64,000 nt of DNA, taken from the NCBI GenBank assembly GCA_050246755.1, contig JBFWVL010000003.1, forward strand, positions 96,001-160,000. Direction: 5' to 3'. The notes beneath the pieces were generated by a model. That model saw only the letters and a list, made by a program, of their open reading frames with translations. It was not told the DNA's origin and searched no databases. Positions 1 through 10,801 of this stretch are shown piece by piece; the first letter of the stretch is position 1; every line of letters begins with the position of its first letter. This stretch comes from Bacteriovoracia bacterium (lineage in GTDB: Bacteria; Bdellovibrionota; UBA1018; CAIPTA01). Both the position numbers and the translations under genes were made by a program.

Positions 1-83
1 TAATTTTGCGCACAATCCACTAAAAAATCGAAGTCCCCAAATTTGGAAAACCTCTTAAACGAGCAATGTCGTAAGGAACACAA

Positions 84-2192
84 ATGTCTGCCTATTCGTT
101 AGAAAAAATTCGTAATATCGGGATCTCTGCTCACATCGATTCCGGAAAAACCACGCTTTCGGAGCGCATTCTTTTCTACACCGGAAAGATCCACGCTATT
201 CACGAAGTAAAAGGCAAAGACGGCGTGGGCGCCGTGATGGATTCCATGGACCTTGAGCGCGAGAAGGGCATCACGATTCAGTCGGCCGCCACTTTCTGCG
301 AGTGGAAAGACATTAACATCAATTTGATCGATACCCCCGGACACGTGGATTTCACCGTGGAAGTGGAGCGCTCGCTCCGCGTTCTCGACGGAGCCGTGAT
401 GGTTCTCTGCGGCGTATCCGGCGTGCAGTCGCAGTCGATCACCGTAGACCGCCAGATGAAACGCTATAACGTTCCCCGTTTGGCTTTCATCAATAAGCTC
501 GACCGTGCCGGCGCGAATCCTTTCCGCGTGATCCAAGCGATCCGCGAGAAATTGTTCCTCAATGCCGCCGCCATCCAGATTCCTGTGGGCCTCGAAGACC
601 AGCACAAAGGCGTGGTGGATCTAGTGAGAATGAAGACCTATTTCTTCGACGGCGAGAACGGCGAACACGTCCGTGAAGAAGCGATTCCAGCCGACATGGC
701 GGATCTCGCTAAAGAAAAACGCGAAGAGTTGATTTCCAAGCTGGCCGACGTAGACGAAGAGCTCGGCGAGAAATTCTTGATGGAAGAAGAGATCACCGAA
801 GAATTGCTCACGGCCGCAATTCGCCGCCAGACCATTCTGCTGAAGTTCGTGCCCGTGCTCATGGGTTCCGCCTTCAAAAACAAAGGCGTTCAGCCTCTCT
901 TGGATGCCGTGGCCGCTTACTTGCCTAGCCCTCCGGAAGTTCGTAACGAAGCCCTCGATCAGAACAAAGGCGAGGCGAAAGTGGAAATTCCCTCGGACCC
1001 TAAGGCTCCGCTGGTTGCGCTTGCTTTCAAGCTCGAAGACGGACGTTACGGCCAGCTCACTTACATGCGGATTTACTCCGGCTCGGTGAAAAAAGGCGAC
1101 ATGATCATGAACGTGTCGCAAGGCGATAAAAAGGTGAAAATCCCTCGGATCGTGCGCATGCACTCCTCCGTAATGGGAGACGTAGAAGAAGCCCGCGCCG
1201 GCGACATCTGCGCCTTCTTCGGCGTGGAATGCGCATCGGGCGATACCTTTACCGACGGCACTCAGCGCGTGACCATGACTTCCATGTTCATTCCTGCGGC
1301 CGTAATTTCTCTAGCCGTAGCTCCCAAAGACAAAGCCGGTTCGGCTTCTTTCTCTAAAGCGCTCAACCGCTTCACGAAAGAAGACCCGACCTTGCGCGTG
1401 CACCGTGATGAAGAGTCGGCCGAAACCATTCTCAGTGGCATGGGCGAGCTTCACCTCGAGATCTATATCGAGCGTATGAAGCGTGAATATAATTGCGAAG
1501 TGATCGCCGGTAAGCCTCAAGTGGCCTTCCGGGAAGCGATCAACAGCGCTGCTAACTTCAACTACACCCACAAGAAGCAAACCGGTGGTACCGGGCAGTT
1601 CGCGAAGGTGGTGGGCATCATGGAACCGATTCGTCCTCTCGATCTGCTGAAGCCTTATGAGTTCGTTGACGAAGTGGTCGGCGGAGCGATTCCGCGAGAA
1701 TACATCCCTTCCTGCGACAAGGGCTTCCAAGAGCAGCTCAAGAAAGGTCAGCTAATCGGCGCTCCTGTGGTAGGCGTGCGAATGAAAGTGGTAGACGGCT
1801 CTTACCACGACGTAGATTCCTCCGACCTTGCCTTCCGTATCGCCGCCATGGCCGCGATACGCGAAGTTTACATGTCGGCCAAGCCCACCATTCTCGAGCC
1901 AATCATGAAGCTCGAAGTGCAGGCTCCCGAGGAATTCCAGGGCTCCGTGATGGGCCAAGTGAACCAGCGCCGTGGCGTGATCCAGGGCTCTTCCACCATG
2001 GAAGGCTACGTAACGATCGAAGCCCAAGTTCCTCTTGTGGAAATGTTTGGTTACTCCACGGATCTTCGTTCTGCTACTCAAGGTAAGGGCGAGTTTACGA
2101 TGGAATTCGCGGAATACCAGTCGGTACCTCGCAACGTGCAGGAAGAAATGGTCAAGAAGTACCAAGAGAAGAAAGCCAAAGAACAGAAATAA
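84..2192 (+). CDS. fusA: Elongation factor G (spdEFG1/mitochondrial EF-G1-like type)
   Basis: [10 protein letters not shown]-loop, [26 protein letters not shown] and [11 protein letters not shown] motifs; 702 aa; AAGGA RBS. Confidence 0.97.
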   Translation: MSAYSLEKIRNIGISAHIDSGKTTLSERILFYTGKIHAIHEVKGKDGVGAVMDSMDLEREKGITIQSAATFCEWKDININLIDTPGHVDFTVEVERSLRVLDGAVMVLCGVSGVQSQSITVDRQMKRYNVPRLAFINKLDRAGANPFRVIQAIREKLFLNAAAIQIPVGLEDQHKGVVDLVRMKTYFFDGENGEHVREEAIPADMADLAKEKREELISKLADVDEELGEKFLMEEEITEELLTAAIRRQTILLKFVPVLMGSAFKNKGVQPLLDAVAAYLPSPPEVRNEALDQNKGEAKVEIPSDPKAPLVALAFKLEDGRYGQLTYMRIYSGSVKKGDMIMNVSQGDKKVKIPRIVRMHSSVMGDVEEARAGDICAFFGVECASGDTFTDGTQRVTMTSMFIPAAVISLAVAPKDKAGSASFSKALNRFTKEDPTLRVHRDEESAETILSGMGELHLEIYIERMKREYNCEVIAGKPQVAFREAINSAANFNYTHKKQTGGTGQFAKVVGIMEPIRPLDLLKPYEFVDEVVGGAIPREYIPSCDKGFQEQLKKGQLIGAPVVGVRMKVVDGSYHDVDSSDLAFRIAAMAAIREVYMSAKPTILEPIMKLEVQAPEEFQGSVMGQVNQRRGVIQGSSTMEGYVTIEAQVPLVEMFGYSTDLRSATQGKGEFTMEFAEYQSVPRNVQEEMVKKYQEKKAKEQK

Positions 2193-2212
2193 GTCGAATT
2201 TTCTGGGACGAC

Positions 2213-2248
2213 AAAAGCCTCGGCATCACTGCCGGGGCTTTTTCTTTT
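2213..2248. terminator. Probable bidirectional intrinsic terminator
   Basis: AAAAGCCTCGGCA-TCAC-TGCCGGGGCTTTTTCTTTT between convergent genes. Confidence 0.85.
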
Positions 2249-3518
2249 AGGGGAGGATCAACGGATCGATCACGCAGAACTGGGATCCGCTGGCCACGTA
2301 GGCATGGGTGGCGAGAGCTTCGATCGGGCCACGCGGCGGCGTGCAGGTGGTGCCGTCGCACCCACCACCGGTACCACCGAGGCCGAGCGCGGGATCCCCG
2401 CCATTGCCGTACTGGCGATTCACCTCGAGGGCCGAGGGTGTAACGGTGGCGAGGGAGACATCCCGCGCGATATCGGCGGCGAGAGAAGTATCAGCGCGGG
2501 CCGCGATCGTGGCTTCATAAAAAGTGCGCTTCACCATTCCCGGAGGGCAGAGTCCGCTGGATCCAACTCTGGCGGCGTAGCCGTAGGTCTCACTCGCCTG
2601 CGCGGGTGCTGAGTTCAGCAGAATGGGAACCTGAAAATTTCCGATTTGTTCCGAGTAAAGCCCAAAAGCCTTCGCGATATTCTGGCCGGTGGTGCCGGCT
2701 GTGCAATCGTATTGCTTCGCTTGGCGGTTACAGAGCACGTTCGTACCGCCGGCGTTGTAAACCTGGTCGGTCATCTGCTTGAACATATTCGTGCTGTAGT
2801 TGTCCTTGAACAAGAAGAAAGGATACTTGATTTGCACGAAGCAAAAGTTACCGCCGTTGCCGGCACCGGAGCCGCAGAGGCTGAGCGTGGTATTGCAGTT
2901 GAAGGTAACGGAGGTGGTATTCGTGCCCACTTTTTCTAAATAATTATACTGGCAGAGGTAGCGCGAAACGGTGCGCACCTTGTTCACGTCGAGCTCGGTG
3001 CCCACCAGCGATTGCGGGGTAATCACCGTCTCCACACTGCTGGCCGCGCTTACTTTCGTGCCCGCAATATTACGGAGCCGCACCTTGGTGAGAGTGGCGA
3101 GGGGGGAAAGGCTGGTATTGTAGGCGCAGGAAAAGAAATTACCGATGGAATCGTAGGAGGGAGTGGACGCGAGGCCGGGGATCACGAAATCCACGCCGCC
3201 CGAATCCGTGCCCATGAACTCGCATTGGCAGCCGGTGCCGGCCGCGTTGCAGGTGGTGGCCATCACCGTATTGGAATTGGCGATTCCCTGCAGGTAGATG
3301 GTGCGCGAAGTAGCCACGTCGTTGGGGTCGCGGTAGGCGAAATTAAAGCGGAAGGTATCGGAGTTGGCCGTGTCTACGGCCACCACGTCGAGCTTCTTTG
3401 CGCCTAAAACTTTGGGTTTTGATTCTAGGCAGGCGGGGGCCAGGAGAATCAAGCCGAGCGGCAGGATTCTGAGCATCCAGTCCTTGAAGGTTGCCATCCT
3501 AGCGTGCTTCTTTTCCAT
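2247..3518 (-). CDS. Cysteine-rich secreted lipoprotein of unknown function (paralog of 3547-4776)
   Basis: GGAGGAGG RBS before ATG; hydrophobic stretch ending LAPAC; 14 further Cys; colinear similarity to the adjacent ORF. Confidence 0.8.
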   Translation of the reverse strand: MEKKHARMATFKDWMLRILPLGLILLAPACLESKPKVLGAKKLDVVAVDTANSDTFRFNFAYRDPNDVATSRTIYLQGIANSNTVMATTCNAAGTGCQCEFMGTDSGGVDFVIPGLASTPSYDSIGNFFSCAYNTSLSPLATLTKVRLRNIAGTKVSAASSVETVITPQSLVGTELDVNKVRTVSRYLCQYNYLEKVGTNTTSVTFNCNTTLSLCGSGAGNGGNFCFVQIKYPFFLFKDNYSTNMFKQMTDQVYNAGGTNVLCNRQAKQYDCTAGTTGQNIAKAFGLYSEQIGNFQVPILLNSAPAQASETYGYAARVGSSGLCPPGMVKRTFYEATIAARADTSLAADIARDVSLATVTPSALEVNRQYGNGGDPALGLGGTGGGCDGTTCTPPRGPIEALATHAYVASGSQFCVIDPLILP

Positions 3519-3546
3519 TCGAGCCTCCTCCGGCCAAGCCGGTTTT

Positions 3547-4776
3547 CTAAAGTGTGTCCACTAGGGCTTTCGGGATCACGCATACCACCGGGCTGAGCGG
3601 GGTATAGGCCACGGCCTGCACGGTGGAAACCCCGCCGAAAGTGGCCGTTTTGCAATTGCCGTCCACGCCACTGCACTGGGTTTGGTTGGGCTGGCGAAAA
3701 ACGTTGAAGGTGGCGGGCTGGCTCGTCTCGATCACCGTATTGTTTAGAATCCCGTCGCCCACGTTGAGGAAGTTCGAAGCCGGATTCAAGCCGTCGATGC
3801 TGCCCGCGGTAATGGAAGCAGGCTGGGCCATGTAGGGACGCACCTGCACTAGCCCGGTGGGGCAGTTGCCGGAGCTGTCGGGCGCAGCGGCGTAGCCGTA
3901 GGTGGAGGTGAGGTCCGGAGTATTCGCGAGTTGCTCGGGCGCCCTCGTCATCTGGATTTTGATGGTGAAGGGGCCGGCCGGCTCGGAGTAAAGGCCGTAG
4001 CGTTTATCGGGGCTGCTGCTGCCGCAGTTGGCGCGGGCAAATTCGGCGTCGGGCCGTAAGCAGATCGTGGGCCAGAAGGAGGCCGTGAACTTCGAGTTCT
4101 TATTCCCGCCGCCCGCGTTATTGTCGAATACGTAGTAGTCGTAGTTCGCCATGATCAGCCCGAGTTTTTGGTTCAATACGCAGTTGATGCAGGAAGAGCC
4201 ACCGCCGGCGCATTGGCTGGTCACGCCTTCGCCTTCAAAGAAGGTGCGCGAGCAGGAGTATTTGTAGATTTTATTTACTTTATTCAAGCTGAGGTCGCCG
4301 ATCACTTCCTGCAGGGTGAGGGTATTCTTGATGAGCACAAAGCCGGTGGTCTTTTTGCCATCGATGGTGCGCAGGCGCACGCGGTTGAAATCGGAAACGG
4401 GGTCGGCGCCGGCGATGGTGCAATTGAAGGAATTGTTTTCTTTGCTGATGCCCACGTTCGTTAGGGAGGAAGTGACGGTGGTATTGTTGCCAACTTTATA
4501 GAAGTCACAGGTGCAGCTCGCGCCCGTGACCCCGCAGGTATTCACGAGTCCGGCGGCGGCGGTACTACGCACGCCCTGCACTTGCACCACGCGGCTCGTG
4601 CCTTCGCGGTAGGCGAAGCTGAGGGAAAAGGTATCGGCGTCGGTGGCGGCGGTGCCAGTTCCGGCGGAGGCTTTTTTACCGAGAGTTTTCGTCTCGGAGC
4701 CTAGGCAGCCTACCAAAAATAGGCAGAGAAGAATCGTGGCACTCAGGCCAGAGAAAAGGCGGAATATAGACATCAT
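3547..4776 (-). CDS. Cysteine-rich secreted lipoprotein of unknown function (paralog of 2247-3518)
   Basis: AAGGGAG RBS before ATG 4776; lipobox FLVGC; 14 further Cys. Confidence 0.8.
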   Translation of the reverse strand: MMSIFRLFSGLSATILLCLFLVGCLGSETKTLGKKASAGTGTAATDADTFSLSFAYREGTSRVVQVQGVRSTAAAGLVNTCGVTGASCTCDFYKVGNNTTVTSSLTNVGISKENNSFNCTIAGADPVSDFNRVRLRTIDGKKTTGFVLIKNTLTLQEVIGDLSLNKVNKIYKYSCSRTFFEGEGVTSQCAGGGSSCINCVLNQKLGLIMANYDYYVFDNNAGGGNKNSKFTASFWPTICLRPDAEFARANCGSSSPDKRYGLYSEPAGPFTIKIQMTRAPEQLANTPDLTSTYGYAAAPDSSGNCPTGLVQVRPYMAQPASITAGSIDGLNPASNFLNVGDGILNNTVIETSQPATFNVFRQPNQTQCSGVDGNCKTATFGGVSTVQAVAYTPLSPVVCVIPKALVDTL

Positions 4777-4847
4777 GTCTCCCTTCTTATGTATTCTATC
4801 GTCCATAATAGGGAGAAACAACAGCATGCAACTAGCTGATTTTATTG

Positions 4848-5888
4848 CTAAAAATTCCGTGTAAGGAGGCGTGCCAAACGGGAGATTTCTGTGGTGCGTT
4901 GGGCGTTGGCATCGATATCTTTGGCGTAGAACTCGGAAGAGAGCACGTTGTTACGCAGAATGTCGATCGTTTCCACGTCTCCATTATCAAGGGCCTTGGA
5001 GCGAAGCAGGAGGGCGGAGATGCCCGCAAAGTGGAAGTATCCGTCGAGGGAGGCAGGATCTACCGAGACATTCGCGGCCAATAGCAAGATCGGCCAAGTA
5101 ATATCGCGGAAACTGAGGGAGGCCATTTCTTGGCTCCCCATTTTTACCTCGGAAAGATTACGGGCGAGGTATTCGAGGGCGTCGGTGCGTTTTTCCACCA
5201 GGAAGCTTTTGCGGAATAGGGAAATTGGGTCCAAGAGGGCAAAGCCTTTTTCCCCTAAGTACTCCACTCGGTAGAGGCTGTTACGACGCAGGAATAAGGC
5301 CGTGGCGCGCGCTTTGCTCGATGCTTCTTGTTTATACTCAAAAAGAAAAGCCGGCGTGTCTGCCTGGCGCATTACATTCACCACGGCCACTCCGGGCAGC
5401 CAGCGTTTCGCCGCGTGAAGCAGGGCCGGCTTGGCTAGAAACAATTGCAGGGGCGAAAGGCCTTCGGGGGACTGGCCCTGGCTCTGGCGAATGGCGGCCT
5501 CGAGGAAGAGGGCTTCTCGGGCCTGGCTTTCGGGGAAAAAGCGAATGGCCCAGGAGTCGGTTTCCGTTTTGCGTCCATAGTACACGATGCGGTCTCGCGC
5601 CCGCCGGGAGTCCGTATCGGGCTGGAAGAGAACCGTGATGCGTTCCAAAAAACGCTCAGGGGGCCCCTTTTTATATTCCAGCTTTGGGAGGGCCCGCACG
5701 CCTTTCAGCGAGGGCAGGGGACTCATTAATTCGTAGAAAGGGAGAGTTTTTTCGGTATCGATCACCGCACTCGATACTTCCCGTATTTCCACGCGCGGCA
5801 TACTGCTCTGCAGGAAAGCGCCGTAGGCAAACCATCCGGTTACGGCGAGCAGGGGGAGGGCAAGAATGGAGAGAAGAATGCGCTTCAT
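4848..5888 (-). CDS. Hypothetical protein with N-terminal signal/membrane anchor
   Basis: 346-aa ORF starting MKRILLSILALPLLAVTGWF; no recognised motif. Confidence 0.7.
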   Translation of the reverse strand: MKRILLSILALPLLAVTGWFAYGAFLQSSMPRVEIREVSSAVIDTEKTLPFYELMSPLPSLKGVRALPKLEYKKGPPERFLERITVLFQPDTDSRRARDRIVYYGRKTETDSWAIRFFPESQAREALFLEAAIRQSQGQSPEGLSPLQLFLAKPALLHAAKRWLPGVAVVNVMRQADTPAFLFEYKQEASSKARATALFLRRNSLYRVEYLGEKGFALLDPISLFRKSFLVEKRTDALEYLARNLSEVKMGSQEMASLSFRDITWPILLLAANVSVDPASLDGYFHFAGISALLLRSKALDNGDVETIDILRNNVLSSEFYAKDIDANAQRTTEISRLARLLTRNF

Positions 5889-5942
5889 GGTTCAGACTCC
5901 GAAACCGTGTTATTGTGGAAATTATAGGCTGGGAGCTTTGGT

Positions 5943-7262
5943 ATGAATCAAGAAATATTCGCGTCACGACGGAAAGAATTTTTAAAACGCCTCGGAACTG
6001 CCTCGGCCATTCTATTCGCGGCCCCGCATGCCAAGCGCAACGACGACGTTCACTACGAGTACCGTACTAGCTCTTACTTCTATTACCTCACGGGCTTTCG
6101 CGAGCAGGAAGCCGCCGCGATTTTCGCGCCTGGAACGGATAAGCCTTACCAGCTCTTCGTGATGCCCAAAAATCCCGAGATGGAAATGTGGGAAGGCAAG
6201 CGCGTGGGAGTGGACGGCGCGAAAAGTGAGTTCCAGGCCGACGCTAGCTACCCGATCGAAGATCTCGAGAAAATTTTTCGCGAAACGCTGAAAAAAACCG
6301 ACGCTCTCTACCACGCCCTCGGAAACTTTCCCGAGCAGGACGATTTCGTGTTCCGCGTGCTCAAAGATCACCACCCTAATCCGCGCCGCGGAGAGAAGAA
6401 TTTCTCCAAGCTGGTGAAGGTGCAAGACATCCTGAACCCCATGCGCAAAGTGAAAGACGCGGCCGAGATCGAGCTCCTGCGCAAGAACGGCCGTAATACC
6501 GCGCTCGCCCACAAGCGCGCGATGGAGTTCACTAAGCCCGGCCAGTATGAATACCAAGTGGAAGCCGAAATCGAATTCTGGTTCCGCTATGGCGGCGCCG
6601 AAGATTTGGCCTACGCTTCGATCGTGGCCGGCGGAAACAACGCCACCGTGCTTCACTATAAAACCAATCGCGACCAGCTCCGCGACGGAGACTTGATCCT
6701 CATCGACGCCGCCGGAGAAATGGGTAATTACGCGAGCGATATTACCCGCACTTATCCCGTGAACGGAAAATTTTCCAAGGCCCAGCGCGAGATCTACGAG
6801 ATCGTGCTGAAATCCCAGAAGGAAGCGATCGCGGCCACCAAACCCGGCGTGCGTTTTCTCGATGTGCATAAGCGCGCCGCCGAAGTGCTCGTAGACGGAT
6901 TGCTCGGCTTAGGCCTGCTCAAGGGCAACCGCGAAGAAATCCTCAGCGATCGCAAAAACTATATCAATTTCTATCCCCACAATACGAGTCACTGGCTCGG
7001 GATGGACGTGCATGATTGCGGAGAATATTATGCGGCCGACGGCTCCTCTATTCCTCTCGAAGCGGGGAACGTGCTTACCATCGAGCCCGGAATTTATATC
7101 GGGGAAGATCGCACCGACGTTCCGGCGGAGTACCGCGGGATCGGGATCCGCATCGAGGACGATATCCTCGTAACGGCCAACGGCTGCGAGAATCTCACGA
7201 AAGACGCGCCTAAAGAGATCGATGAGATCGAGGCCATTGTGGGCACGGCGAAGGCTCGCTAG
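5943..7262 (+). CDS. pepP: Xaa-Pro aminopeptidase (M24B)
   Basis: SYFYYLTGF, ILIDAAGE, SDITRTYP, HWLGMDVHD, TIEPGIY and GIRIEDDILV motifs. Confidence 0.93.
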   Translation: MNQEIFASRRKEFLKRLGTASAILFAAPHAKRNDDVHYEYRTSSYFYYLTGFREQEAAAIFAPGTDKPYQLFVMPKNPEMEMWEGKRVGVDGAKSEFQADASYPIEDLEKIFRETLKKTDALYHALGNFPEQDDFVFRVLKDHHPNPRRGEKNFSKLVKVQDILNPMRKVKDAAEIELLRKNGRNTALAHKRAMEFTKPGQYEYQVEAEIEFWFRYGGAEDLAYASIVAGGNNATVLHYKTNRDQLRDGDLILIDAAGEMGNYASDITRTYPVNGKFSKAQREIYEIVLKSQKEAIAATKPGVRFLDVHKRAAEVLVDGLLGLGLLKGNREEILSDRKNYINFYPHNTSHWLGMDVHDCGEYYAADGSSIPLEAGNVLTIEPGIYIGEDRTDVPAEYRGIGIRIEDDILVTANGCENLTKDAPKEIDEIEAIVGTAKAR

Positions 7263-7278
7263 AAAAGTCCGCGGCGTA

Positions 7279-7653
7279 TTAGTCGCGTAACCAATTCCAA
7301 ATTTTACGGATGCGCGACTGCGCCCCGTGCGAGGCGCAGTTCCTATAGGGGCAGGGATCCGGCCCGGGAAAATCCCGGCACATCTTAGGGCGCTCTAAAT
7401 AAATTTGGCAGTTTCCATCCGTTCCCAAATTCTTACATGTGAATAATTCCTGCCCGCGGAATACGCCGAGTGGAATCAGCATGGGGGCAATAATTTTCAC
7501 GTCGGGGATGGAACTAGTTTCGCCCGCGAGCGCGCGCTCGTATTCGGCCTTCACCACCGCGTGAGGGTATTCCAACGAAAAGCCTCGGCAGCAGTGTCCT
7601 GTGCAACGAGGGCGGGGATCGGCGGAGCCGTCGGCGGGATCGTAGATGGCCAC
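7279..7653 (-). CDS. YkgJ-family cysteine-cluster protein
   Basis: CTGHCC...C..L...GNCQIY..RP.MCRDFP pattern. Confidence 0.8.
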   Translation of the reverse strand: MAIYDPADGSADPRPRCTGHCCRGFSLEYPHAVVKAEYERALAGETSSIPDVKIIAPMLIPLGVFRGQELFTCKNLGTDGNCQIYLERPKMCRDFPGPDPCPYRNCASHGAQSRIRKIWNWLRD

Positions 7654-7676
7654 TAGCGTTTCTTTCTGACCAAAGG

Positions 7677-9281
7677 TCAGCGCTTCTGCTTCGCGCTCCA
7701 GGCCAGGTAGTCTTCGTAGTTGCCGCTGAAATCCACGAGCTCTCCATTGGGGAAGATCTCGATGATCCGGTTGGCGATCGTGGATACGAATTGCCGGTCG
7801 TGGGAAACGAAGAAGGTGGTGCCGTTGAACTGCTGCAGCGATTCGTTGAGGGCCTGGATGCTCTCCAGGTCCAAGTGGGAGGTAGGTTCGTCGAGCAGAA
7901 CCACGTTGGGTTCTTCCAGCATCATATTCGAAAGCGTCAGGCGCACGCCTTCGCCCCCGGAGAGCACTTCGGTTTTTTTATCGCCGTCTTCACCGGAGAA
8001 AAGCATGCGGCCGAGCACGCCGCGGATCGAACCCATGTCCATCTGGGGATGTTTATCGTGGAGCCACTGAAATAAGGTAAGGCCCTTGCCCAGGGTGGCT
8101 TTGGTATCTTGGGGACAGTACGCCCGGATGGTGGTTACGCCCCAATGCACTTCGCCGGTGAGAGGCTTAAGCTCGCCGGAAAGGATGCGCATGAAGGTGG
8201 TTTTTCCCACGCCGGAGGGACCGATGATGGCGATTTTTTCGCCGGCCGAGAAAAAGAGATTCATCTTTTTCAGCACCATCGTTTTGCCACCGTCGTAGGA
8301 GGCGGTTACGTCCTCGAGGCGAACCACGTCTTTCCCGAGGTCGCGCTTGCCCTTCCAGTAGATACGGGGAAAAACGCGTGAGCTCGGGCGGATGCTTTCC
8401 ATCTCCATATTATCGAGCTGCTTTTGGCGCGAAGTGGCCTGGCGGGCTTTCGATTTATTGGCGCCGAAGCGCGCAATGAAGGATTTGAGCTCGGCGGCTT
8501 TTTTCTCTTTCTTGGCTTGGTCGGTAAGCTTCTGGTCTTTCGCAATCGAAGAGGCCGATTGATAGTAATCGTAGTCGCCCGAATAGACGCGCATCTCGGA
8601 ATAGTCGATATCGGCGATATGGGTGCATACGGCGTTGAGGAAGTGGCGGTCGTGGGAAACGATGAGGATCGTGCCGTCGTACTCGTTCAAATATTCTTCT
8701 AGCCAGGAGATGGTCTTGATGTCGAGGTTGTTGGTTGGTTCGTCCAACAACATTACTTCGGGCTTCTGGAAAAGAATCTGCGCGAGGAGAACCCGGAATT
8801 TATATTGGGTGGGAATCTCTTTCATCAAATCGTTGTGGTACTGCGCGGGAATCCCGAGGCCCACGAGAAATTCGGAGGCTTTCGATTCGGCGGAGTAGCC
8901 GTCGATTTCCATGAACTCGCCTTCGAGCTCGCCGAGGCGGTTTGCTTCTTCATCGGTTAGATCGCCCTTGGCGTAGAGGTCTTCGCGTTCTTTCATCACC
9001 TTCCAAAGCTTGGCGTCGCCCTGGTAAACGGAATTCAAAACGGTTTCGTTGTCGAAGCGGTGGTGATCCTGGCGGAGCCAGCCGAGGCGGGCTTTAGGAT
9101 CAAGGAAGATGGTGCCTTTGTCGGCGCTTTGTTCTTTGGAAATGATCTTGAGGAAAGTGGATTTTCCCGTTCCGTTCGCGCCGATGATGCCGTAGCGGCA
9201 GCCGGGGGTAAACACAACGGATACGTTCTCGAATAGTTTTTTGGTCCCGAAGGACAAGGCGATGTCTTTAACTGAAAGCAT
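7677..9281 (-). CDS. ABC-F family ATPase (YbiT-like)
   Basis: Two Walker A motifs (GANGTGKST, GPSGVGKTT), two LLDEPT motifs, SHDR; no TM domain. Confidence 0.93.
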   Translation of the reverse strand: MLSVKDIALSFGTKKLFENVSVVFTPGCRYGIIGANGTGKSTFLKIISKEQSADKGTIFLDPKARLGWLRQDHHRFDNETVLNSVYQGDAKLWKVMKEREDLYAKGDLTDEEANRLGELEGEFMEIDGYSAESKASEFLVGLGIPAQYHNDLMKEIPTQYKFRVLLAQILFQKPEVMLLDEPTNNLDIKTISWLEEYLNEYDGTILIVSHDRHFLNAVCTHIADIDYSEMRVYSGDYDYYQSASSIAKDQKLTDQAKKEKKAAELKSFIARFGANKSKARQATSRQKQLDNMEMESIRPSSRVFPRIYWKGKRDLGKDVVRLEDVTASYDGGKTMVLKKMNLFFSAGEKIAIIGPSGVGKTTFMRILSGELKPLTGEVHWGVTTIRAYCPQDTKATLGKGLTLFQWLHDKHPQMDMGSIRGVLGRMLFSGEDGDKKTEVLSGGEGVRLTLSNMMLEEPNVVLLDEPTSHLDLESIQALNESLQQFNGTTFFVSHDRQFVSTIANRIIEIFPNGELVDFSGNYEDYLAWSAKQKR

Positions 9282-9438
9282 GCGGTGGGTTATAGCAAAA
9301 GAGGGCTGAAATTCCTAGGGAATGTGGAGAAGGGGCTGCCAATGCCTAGGGGCCAAGTCCGCCGTGGAGAGGCGGCGCGTCACTGGCGAAACATCCTTGG
9401 GGAACTGGGGCCTTTTCGTAGGATACTGAAGGTCGGTT

Positions 9439-10800
9439 ATGCTCTTTAACTCCTTCTCCTTCCTCTTCTTGTTCCTGCCCCTCGCGCTCGCGATTGCCAG
9501 CCGGCTGAGGGGGCAGTGGCTCCTAGCCTTTGTCGCCGGGGCCAGTTTTCTCTTCTACGCGTGGGCAGGGGAGCCTTGGTTCCTTGTTCCCATGCTGTTC
9601 ACGATCCTCCTGGATTTCATTCTGGCGCGTTTCCTGGGCGCCACGAGCGATCCCAGAAAAAGAATGGCTCTGCTTCTGGTTTCGCTTTTCTTCAACCTCG
9701 GCTTTCTGGTTTTCTTCAAGTACGCCGGGTTGATCGGCCAACATACCGGAATACTAGCGTCGCTGGTCGCGCTCGGTTTGCCCGCCGGAATTTCCTTTTA
9801 TACCTTCCAGTCCGTTTCCTACATGGTGGATGTCTATCGAAAAGAAAAAGAGCCCGAGAAAAATATCCTGAAATACGCCGGCTTCATTTCCTTCTTCCCC
9901 CACTTAGTGGCTGGCCCCTTAACCAGGCACTCCCAGCTCATCCCCCAGCTTTCCCGCGTTTCCGCCGAAGGAATACGGCCCCACTGGCGCGGGGGCATCG
10001 CGCTCTTCGTGATCGGCCTCGCGAAAAAAGTAATTATTGCCGATCGCATCGACGATAGCGTGGGCCCGCTCCTTTCTTTCGGAGGCCAGCTCGATTTCTT
10101 TTCGGCGTGGCTGGCGCTGTTCGGGTTCACGCTGCAGATCTATTTTGATTTTTCCGGTTATTCCGACATGGCCATCGGCCTCGGACGGCTTTTCGGCATT
10201 GAGCTCCCGCAAAATTTTAATAGCCCTTACCAGGCTACGAGCCCGAGGGATTTCTGGGCTCGCTGGCATATCACGCTCTCTCAGTTTTTCCGCGACTACC
10301 TTTATATTCCCCTGGGCGGAAGCCGGCACGGAAACCTGCGTACCGCGCTGAACTTACTGCTCACGATGTTCCTGGCAGGGCTCTGGCATGGGGCGACCTG
10401 GCTATTCGGGCTCTGGGGTATTTATCACGCTTTTTGGCTGATCCTGCACCATCAAGGCGAAGGCGCGTGGAACCGAATGCCGAGTGCTCTGCAAAAGATC
10501 ATAACCCTTTTGATCGTGATGTGCGGCTGGGTGATTTTTTCTTCCGGATCGCTGCGCCAGTGCGCGGGGTGGATGTCTGCCCTCCTAGGGGGCCGGGGGC
10601 TGGGAGACCTCTCGGCGGTGGATCCCTTGCTGCTGCCTTTGCTATTTACCGCTGGTGTAATCGCGTTATTTCTACCGAATGCGAGTCGGCGCAATTTTAA
10701 TGAGATGAGAGCCGGGCTCCAGCTTCAGTTGGCGGGCGCCTTCGTGGTGGCGGTTTTAATGATTCATTTTTCAAGTAAATTTATTTATTTTAAATTCTGA
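9439..10800 (+). CDS. MBOAT-family O-acyltransferase (AlgI/DltB-like)
   Basis: PAGISFYTFQ, QIYFDFSGYSDMAIG, FWARWHITLS, YLYIPLGG and AGLWHG motifs. Confidence 0.93.
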   Translation: MLFNSFSFLFLFLPLALAIASRLRGQWLLAFVAGASFLFYAWAGEPWFLVPMLFTILLDFILARFLGATSDPRKRMALLLVSLFFNLGFLVFFKYAGLIGQHTGILASLVALGLPAGISFYTFQSVSYMVDVYRKEKEPEKNILKYAGFISFFPHLVAGPLTRHSQLIPQLSRVSAEGIRPHWRGGIALFVIGLAKKVIIADRIDDSVGPLLSFGGQLDFFSAWLALFGFTLQIYFDFSGYSDMAIGLGRLFGIELPQNFNSPYQATSPRDFWARWHITLSQFFRDYLYIPLGGSRHGNLRTALNLLLTMFLAGLWHGATWLFGLWGIYHAFWLILHHQGEGAWNRMPSALQKIITLLIVMCGWVIFSSGSLRQCAGWMSALLGGRGLGDLSAVDPLLLPLLFTAGVIALFLPNASRRNFNEMRAGLQLQLAGAFVVAVLMIHFSSKFIYFKF

Positions 10801-10801
10801 T

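Noticed and set aside
4861-4878. TTGGCACGCCTCCTTAC as a sigma54 promoter for the lipoprotein pair
   Set aside because: The -12 element is misplaced and non-consensus, and the site lies within a CDS end.
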